A stretch of DNA of 59,008 bases, filler included, from Pirum gemmata (taxonomy: Eukaryota), in NCBI GenBank assembly GCA_002812295.1. It is 8 parts of 8 records of this genome, joined end to end, with 100 filler letters (N's around TTAATTAATTAA, not from the genome) between each part and the next. Parts side by side here need not be neighbours in the genome. Positions count along the whole stretch, not along the records: positions 51,795 to 59,008 come from PDIN01000166.1; 7 more parts are not named here. One strand, given 5' to 3'. Within the stretch, counting starts at the first letter, position 1. Every line of letters starts with the position of its first letter. The position numbers were made by a program, and so were the translations under genes. The notes beneath the pieces were generated by a model, which was not told the origin of the DNA, made no database searches, and worked only from the letters and a program-made list of their open reading frames with translations. This document shows, piece by piece, positions 51,695 through 59,008 of the stretch.

Positions 51695-51794
51695 NNNNNN
51701 NNNNNNNNNNNNNNNNNNNNNNNNNNNNNNNNNNNNNNTTAATTAATTAANNNNNNNNNNNNNNNNNNNNNNNNNNNNNNNNNNNNNNNNNNNN
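51695..51794. other. Artificial contig linker
   Basis: Same 100-nt spacer. Confidence 0.95.
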
Positions 51795-51851
<57 letters not shown>

Positions 51852-51968
51852 AGTAGTAGTAAGTAGTAGTAAGTAGTAAGTAATAAGTAGTAGTAAGTCA
51901 TAGTAGTAGTAGTAAGAGTAGTAGTGGTAGTAGTAGTAGAAGTAGTAGTAGTGGTGGTAGTAGTAGTA
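51795..51968. repeat. (TAG)n microsatellite in the monooxygenase intron
   Basis: Direct reading. Confidence 0.9.
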
Positions 51969-52074
51969 GACAAACATTATAATAAAAATAAAATACAATA
52001 GCAATGCAAGAAAATATTTTTAAAAATAATAAACTTAACACCAACAATAACAATGATAATGATAAACAAAAAAC

Positions 52075-52246
52075 CTCCAAAACTCTCTCTTCTATCTAGT
52101 ACAACAAACGATTTATTAGTATCCTTAGCCATTTGCGCGGCTGCACCAAGACCAGAAATGCCAGCACCAATGATTACCAAATCATAAACAGGTACATCTT
52201 CGTCCATTGTGTGAAATGGTGGAAGTACGTCAACATTTGGAGCCAT
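52075..52246 (-). CDS. First exon of an FAD-dependent oxidoreductase, probably a flavin-containing/Baeyer-Villiger-type monooxygenase
   Basis: TTCAAAATG start. MAPNVDV...YDLVIIGAGISGLGAAAQM...FVVLDRRESFGG contains the Rossmann GxGxxG motif plus the downstream GG motif. GT donor at 52074; the remainder lies beyond the segment end. Confidence 0.8.
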
Positions 52247-52517
52247 TTTGAAATCCACAATAATAATAAAAAATATATATAAAAAAATTACAGGATTAAA
52301 AGTTAAAAAATAAAGAAAATCAAATAAATATTGTTTACAAAGAGCAAGTAGTCTTTTATCTCTTTATATATCATGATATCTGATCATAGATTCAAGGATA
52401 TAGTCTATTATTATTATCCACTTTTATATTATCGATACTAGCTAGGTATAGACTAGATAGAGTTCAAAAAAAAAAATATTCGATAATGAATAAATAAGTC
52501 TATAAAATTTTCAATCG

Positions 52518-52690
52518 GTGCTTTTCATTTATTTTGTCATCCCTGCATATTTTTTGGTAGGTTATAATCTTTAAATTGATATTTTTAAATGAATAAATAG
52601 ATAATAAAATATAGCAAATTAAATTAAATAGATTTATATTGTATTAATTTGGTACTCTTTATTGTATGATAAAACAACTGAAAAGTACTA
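52518..52690. mobile_element. MITE family B copy
   Basis: Similarity to consensus; about 270 bp upstream of the monooxygenase ATG. Confidence 0.75.
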
Positions 52691-52935
52691 TATTAAAAAT
52701 CTAATATATTGATAAAATGAAGCTTGTGATAATAATATATTATATAAAAAATTTTTTAAAAAATAAAATAAAGAATGTGACCCTCAGAGTATAGTGAACG
52801 TATCACAGTGAACGTATCAACGGTATCATAGCAGTCATAGACTCATAGCAGATAGATTGAAATTTGAGCATTTCAGTTATTATTTCCTAGTTATTATTTC
52901 CTAGTTATTATTATTAGTTATTATTTCACATCTAA

Positions 52936-53005
<70 letters not shown>

Positions 53006-53161
53006 CTTCCAACTTCCAAGGATTTGAATTTTGAACTCAAACTTTTTTTTTCCCGGGTCTACTTGTCCGGTTTATGACTTTTTTGTCTGACTTTTCACGG
53101 CCACCTAAATTGAATTAATTTTTTTTTGACTATCGATATTATCGCTATAGATGATATCATA

Positions 53162-53344
53162 TCGTGCTTTTCAGTTGTTTTGTCATCATAAAATATCCAA
53201 TAAAGAGTACCAAATTAATACAATATAAATCCATTTCATTTAATTTGATATATTTAATTATCTATTTATTAATTTAAAAATGTCAACTTAAATATCATAA
53301 CCAACCAAATAAATATTCAGAGTGTCAAAATAAATTAAAAGCAC
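53162..53344. mobile_element. MITE family B copy
   Basis: TA|TCGTGCTTTTCAG...AAAAGCAC. Confidence 0.8.
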
Positions 53345-53535
53345 ATTATGATCTTCGGGTTGTCTTGTATGCTAGTCTATACTCTATAGGGTTATTATTA
53401 GGGTTATTAGGGCTCTTTTAGGGTTTTCTAAAGGGTTTAATTAGGGATATAGGATTAGGGTTAGTTTTTTCTGGTCACAAATGAGTCTCCAAATGATATA
53501 TTATATATGATATATCAGTATAAATATATATATCA

Positions 53536-53706
53536 TAGTTCTTTTCATTTATTTTGTCACTCCGAATATTTATTTATTAAATTGAAATTTTTAAATGAAT
53601 AAATAGATAATAAAATATACCAAATTAAAAGAAATAGATTTATATTGTATTAATTTGGTACTCTTTATTGTATATTTTATGATGACAAAACAATTGAAAA
53701 GCACGA
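53536..53706. mobile_element. MITE family B copy
   Basis: Opposite orientation to 53162-53344. Confidence 0.8.
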
Positions 53707-53907
53707 TAAATAGTCTATAGTCTATGGTTGACTAATGACTATCTGATATTATTGTGTTGACTTTTATGATAAGTTTTTTTCTGTTTTTTGCAAAGTTTTT
53801 TGACAAAAAAAAAAAATAATTCAAGTTTGTTTTCTGGAACTCTATGACTAGCTACTAGCTAGCTAGCAAGTAGTCTATGGTAGGAGTGTATAATAAAATT
53901 TATCGAT

Positions 53908-54047
53908 TGGGTTAGGGTAGTGTATGGTAGGGGTAGGAGTGTATATAATAAAATTTATCGATTGGGTTAGGGTAGTGTTAGGGTTAGGGTTAGGGTTAGG
54001 GTTAGGGTTAGGGTTAGGGTTAGGGTTAGGGTTAGGGTTAGGGTTAG
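53908..54047 (+). repeat. Interstitial (TTAGGG)n preceded by a short direct duplication
   Basis: About 11 perfect units at 53978-54047. Confidence 0.9.
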
Positions 54048-54062
54048 AGTGTAGTCTCTCTA

Positions 54063-54158
54063 GGGAACGTTCAAGGTAGGTAGGTAGTATTTGACCGGAA
54101 AGTAACGTCGAGGGTGAATTTGCAGAAATTGGCGTTACGTAGTATTTGAACGCTCCCC
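54063..54158. mobile_element. MITE family A, internally deleted copy
   Basis: Both TIRs are retained; the interior is shortened. Confidence 0.7.
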
Positions 54159-54387
54159 TACTAAGCTAGCTAGTATAGCCTCTCTACTACTTTGATATAT
54201 GATAATAATATTATTAGCTAGTAGCTACTAGTAGTAGTGGACTAGTAGTAGTGGACTAGGTGGGTCTAGCTAGCTATCATAGTAGCCAGAGAAAGCAGTA
54301 GCCCCTCAGAGGCCCCCTCTATCAAAGATAGGATAGCATATTGATATCATAGACTAATATTATTATCAGATTATTATCATATTAAAG

Positions 54388-54525
54388 GTGCTTTTCATTT
54401 ATTTTGTCACTCTAAATATTTATTTGGAGGGTTATAATCTTTAAATTAACATTTTTAAATCAATACATAGATAACAAAATATACTAAAATATATCAAAAG
54501 GATTTATATTGTATTTATTTGGTAT
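54388..54525. mobile_element. MITE family B, truncated copy
   Basis: Left three quarters of consensus. Confidence 0.7.
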
Positions 54526-54662
54526 ACGACGTTCTATTTATTGTATAGCAAAGTAGCTACTAGTAGCTGCTAGCTAACTGGTATCTGATAGCTCTAGTAG
54601 CTAGTTTAATTTTAATAGAGTCTGGTTTTAGAGTCTAGTTAGGCAAAAAAAGGGGTCTTTGG

Positions 54663-54725
<63 letters not shown>

Positions 54726-54794
54726 CTTGCTTATTAATTATCAGAAAGCTAGCTACGAACTGAAGTAACAACATGAAGGAAGCCACCATAATTA

Positions 54795-54897
54795 ACAAGA
54801 ACAACAACAGTAATAATAATAATAATAATAATAACAATAATAATAGTAATAATATTAATAATAATAGTAGTAGTATTTAAGAACAACAACAACACTC

Positions 54898-54929
<32 letters not shown>

Positions 54930-55079
54930 AAACAACAACAGCAATAACAGCAACAACAATATATAACTATATAGTTATTGTTTTTACTACTACAATATTA
55001 TGAATGCAATAGAGAATGTGCAATAACAACACCAACAACACCGACCAACATCTTCATCAACAATAATATCACCACCACC

Positions 55080-55118
<39 letters not shown>

Positions 55119-55320
55119 AACAATAACAACAATAACAATAAGAATAACAATAACAATGTTAACAATAACAATACCAATGGCAATAACAATAACAATAATA
55201 ATAATAATAACAATTTTAATATTAATAACAATAGCAATAACAATAACAATAAAACTAACAATGACAATAACAATAACAATAACAATAACAATAGCAGTAA
55301 CAAACAATAATAACAACTAC
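54795..55320. repeat. (AAC/AAT)n microsatellite region
   Basis: Direct reading; explains several spurious ORFs. Confidence 0.9.
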
Positions 55321-55377
55321 TATACTTACTACTTTTATTTTTGTTTCTATCAGGGGATATTATACTTCTATTACTTA

Positions 55378-55562
55378 TCGTGCTTTTCATTTATTTTGTC
55401 ACTCTGAATATTTATTTGGAGTGTTATAATCTTTAAATTGACATTTTTAAGTTAATACATAGATAATAAAATATACCAAATTAAATTAAATTGATATTTA
55501 TTTTAATAATTTGGTACTATTTATTGTATATTTTATGATGACAAAACAACTGAAAAGCACTA
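55378..55562. mobile_element. MITE family B, full copy with TA duplication
   Basis: TA|TCGTGCTTTTCA...TGAAAAGCACTA|TA. Confidence 0.85.
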
Positions 55563-55702
55563 TAGTCTACTAGCTAGCTAGCTAGTAGAATCGATAGCTA
55601 GCTACTAGAGTTCTCTTTCTACTTTACTTCTAGCTAGTCTAGCTAGTAGTCTAGCTAGCTACTAGCTAGCTACAGTAGCTAAATAATACACAATAGTCTA
55701 TT

Positions 55703-55886
55703 GTGCTTATCATTTATTTTGTCACTCCAAATATTTATTTGGTTGGTTATGATAATTTAAATTGACTTTTATAAATGGATAAACAGATAATAAAATATAC
55801 CAAATTAAATTAAATGGATTTATATTGTATTAATTTGGTACTCTTTTTTGTATATTTTATGATAACAAAACAACTGAAAAGTACGA
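55703..55886. mobile_element. MITE family B copy
   Basis: Full-length similarity. Confidence 0.8.
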
Positions 55887-55976
55887 TAGACTAGCTACCG
55901 AGGCGGGGGGGCCAGGGGGGGTATCATATCTAGTCTCTTAGTCTCTAGTCTAGTCATATTAGCTAGCGTAGCTAGC

Positions 55977-56144
55977 TGTTACTCTGAATATTTATTTGGA
56001 GGGTTATAATATTTAAATTGACATTTTTAAATCAATAAATAGATAATAAAATATACCAAATTAAATTAAATGAATTTATATTGTATTAATTTGGTACTAT
56101 TTATTGTATATTTTATGATGACACAAAACAATTGAAAAGCACTA
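55977..56144. mobile_element. MITE family B copy, left end lost
   Basis: Nearly identical to 56200-56374. Confidence 0.75.
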
Positions 56145-56199
56145 CTAGCTAGACTAGCTACTAGCGAGACTACTAGCTAGCTAGCTAGCTAGAGCTATT

Positions 56200-56374
56200 T
56201 CTTTTGTTTTGTTAATCTGAATATTTATTTGGAGGGTTATAATATTTAAATTGACATTTTTAAATAAATAAATAGATAATAAAATATACCAAATTAAATT
56301 AAATGAATTTATATTGTATTAATTTGGTACTATTTATTGTATATTTTATGACACAAAACAATTGAAAAGCACTA
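56200..56374. mobile_element. MITE family B copy
   Basis: Shares the GACACAAAACAATTGAAAAGCAC variant with the preceding copy. Confidence 0.75.
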
Positions 56375-57106
56375 GACCTACTAGCTAGCTAGCTAGACCT
56401 AAGTCACCTAACTACTACCAGCTCTAGCTAGAGCTAGGGCAAGACCTACTAATCAAACGATTGCAACAATGTCATGTTATACATACAATAGGTAGTTCTA
56501 CCGATACGCTATCGATAGATTTGGTACTTCCAGTTCGATGCCAGTTCGACCTATAACGTACCAGAACTAAAATTTTAAGATTTTTTAGACAAGATTTTTC
56601 CTCCTATCAAACACTTACCTATACCACTATCTACAAGTATCTAGAGTTGGTACTTAGGGGGGGGGGTCAACACAGCGGTTTAGTACCAGCTGGGTCGGTT
56701 AGACTTACGGTTAGACTGGCCACATTGTATTGCAGCTAGCTACAGTAGCTGTAGCTAGTAAGTAGGTAGAGATTCTGGTCAAATTGATCTATGTCATAGT
56801 AAATTGATCTGTAAATTGGTGATTGATTTTAACGATTATCTATATGATTATCTTCAGCTTTTATTTTGTTGTGATTTTCCTGTGTGATTTTCATAGAAAT
56901 GGCGCCATTAATTAACATTTGTGTTGTTCTTTTAGCGTTGTGTGTATGACATACTAGTAGTAGTCGGGAGAGAACTGAATCGTTACAACATAAATAAAGC
57001 TTTTGCTATTAATTTTAAAACCAATAATTAGACTACTATGTATATGAAATTATAGTATGATAATAATATATGAATATTTTAATAGTGGATAAACGATATG
57101 ATAATA

Positions 57107-57258
57107 TCGTGCTTTTCAGTTGTTTTGTCATTATAAAATGTAAAATAAAGAATACCAAATTAATACAACATAAATCCATTTCCTTTTATTTGGTATATTT
57201 TATTATCTATTTATTTATTTAAAAATGTCAATTTAAATACTATAACCAACCAAATAAA
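57107..57258. mobile_element. MITE family B, truncated copy
   Basis: TA|TCGTGCTTTTCAG start. Confidence 0.75.
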
Positions 57259-57453
57259 TGTAGCTAGCTAGCTACAGTAGCTAGCTAGATCTGAGGTAGC
57301 TAATGGTAGCTAGGGTAGCTAGCCATGAGTAGCCATGATATCATATTAGCTATCTCTAGCTACACTATCTAACTAGGCTACACTATCTAGTAGTAGCTAC
57401 TAGCTAGCTACTAGTAGCTGTAGTAGCGCAACAATTATTTTTAAAATTAAAAA

Positions 57454-57581
57454 GGGAGCGTTGAAATAATACGACATGTCAAGGGGTAGGTAGGTAGGTG
57501 GTATTTGACCGGAAATTAACGTCGAGGGGTGGGTAGGTAGGGGAATTTGAAGCTGTATTTGACATGATATTTGAATGTCCA
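57454..57581. mobile_element. MITE family A copy, degenerate right end
   Basis: Sequence similarity to 302-446 (reverse). Confidence 0.75.
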
Positions 57582-57699
57582 CTCGCAAATTCGCAATCTC
57601 GCTCTAACTCTCACATTCCTTTATTTCAAAAAAAAAAAACTACAAGTTGATTGGAGATGAATAACTTTATTTTGTTTTATTTTTTAAAAAAAAATTTTA

Positions 57700-57863
57700 T
57701 CGTGCTTTTCAGTTGTTTTGTCATCGTAAAATGTGCAATAAAGAGTACCAAATTAATACAATATAAAACCATTTCATTTAATTTGGTATATTTTATTATT
57801 AATTTATTCATTTAACAATGTCAATTAAAAAATTATAACCAACCAAATAAATGAAAAGCGCTA
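57700..57863. mobile_element. MITE family B copy
   Basis: TA|TCGTGC...AAAAGCGCTA|TA. Confidence 0.8.
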
Positions 57864-58000
57864 TAGCTTTTTTATAATAATTATTATTATAGACTCCGCT
57901 ACTAGCTAGTCTTAGTAGATCTTAGTAGTCTAGTTTAAATTTTTTTTTACAGCCTAAAATGGTAGTCTAGCTAGCTAGCTAGTAGCTAGTAGTCTCTAGC

Positions 58001-58185
58001 TAGTGCTTTTCAGTTGTTCTGTCATCATGAAATATACAATAAATAGTGCCAAATAAATACAATATAAGTCCAATTGATATATTTTGGTATATTTTATTAT
58101 CTATGTATTGATTTTAAAATGTCAATTTAAAGATTATAAACCTCCAAATAAATATTTAGAGTGACAAAATAAATGAAAGGCACGA
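58001..58185. mobile_element. MITE family B copy
   Basis: TAGTGCTTTTCAG...TGAAAGGCACGA-TA. Confidence 0.8.
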
Positions 58186-58297
58186 TATTATTACATTATT
58201 ATGATAATATTATGATAAGAGGTCTATCTACAAAAACAAAAAACTCTTTTAAAATTAAAATCCAAACAGTGCCAAACCTTCATCACCACTTAAAAAA

Positions 58298-58580
58298 CCC
58301 TAACCCTTCAATTTAACCCAAACCTTATCATGATAAAAGCTTGACTTATTTATCATATAAATACCCCATGATGAACTAAACCTAACTCTAACTCTCTAGT
58401 AGTTTAGCTAGTAGCCCTAACCCTAACTCTAGCTAGCTAGGTAGTTAGCAACCCTAACCCTAACCCTAGCTAGGTAGCTAGTCTAACACTCTAACCTGAA
58501 TTAACACTTGGTTAAAACACTCATTTTAACTCTAATTTTGATTCTAGCTAGCTATGATATAGCCCTAACCCCAACCTAAA
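58298..58580 (-). repeat. Fragmented (CCCTAA)n interrupted by TAGC matrix
   Basis: Direct reading. Confidence 0.6.
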
Positions 58581-58584
58581 CTAA

Positions 58585-58718
58585 GGGAGCGTTCAAATAA
58601 TACGTCACATCAAGGGAAGGGGTAGGTTAGTAGGTGGTATTTGACCGGAAATTAACGTCGAGGGGTAGGTAGATAGGGGTATTTGAAGCTGTATTTGACC
58701 GGAAATTGGCGTTACGTA
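58585..58718. mobile_element. MITE family A copy, right TIR truncated
   Basis: TAA-GGGAGCGTTCAAATAATACGTCAC start and family interior. Confidence 0.75.
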
Positions 58719-58975
58719 CCTAACAATAAATAACCATAATATTATTATATTATCCCTTTTTCTTGAAAAAAATATTTCAGAAATAATTTTTTTATAGAGT
58801 CTAGCTAGCTAGCTACTACTAGCAACTTAGTTAGGTCTAGCTAGCTAGCTAGCTGGGGTCATACTAGCTATGATAGCTAGACTAGCTATCGGTGATAGCT
58901 ACTAGCTAAAGAAAGACTAATAAGATAAAGCACTGATAAAGCTCTAACTACATTTTATATATATAAAAAAAAATT

Positions 58976-59008
<33 letters not shown>

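Noticed and set aside
54628..55407. Poly-Asn, poly-Leu and Ile/Thr ORFs
   Set aside because: Translations of an (AAC/AAT)n microsatellite with no splice or domain support.

Overview
Very AT-rich, intron-containing, transposon-dense eukaryotic DNA with TTAGGG-type telomeric repeats. A unicellular eukaryote is likely, but the taxon cannot be fixed from this window. The window is not one locus: seven identical 100-nt artificial linkers (N44-TTAATTAATTAA-N44) join eight segments of about 7.2-7.4 kb, so gene neighbourhoods across linkers carry no meaning. Supported coding sequence: the 3' five exons of an Hsp110/SSE-type chaperone (-), an acidic E/K-rich protein (-), a 3.5-kb exon of a coiled-coil golgin-like protein with the start of a probable GRIP domain (+), an intronless signal peptide-vWA(MIDAS)-2xTSP1-TM-NPxF adhesin with TRAP/MIC2-like architecture (-), an isolated protein kinase subdomain I-II exon (+), and exon 1 of an FAD-dependent monooxygenase (-). 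The non-coding DNA holds at least five MITE families (3-bp, TA, 8-bp and TTAA target duplications), foldback palindromes, about 15 interstitial telomeric tracts, and a pervasive 'TAGC/TAGAC/TATCA' low-complexity matrix. Comparing paralogous MITE copies shows this matrix grows by short insertions at TA dinucleotides. The best leads are the TRAP-like adhesin, the TA-anchored micro-insertion process and a decayed coding element embedded in a telomeric array. No rRNA, tRNA, CRISPR array or intact transposase was recognised.
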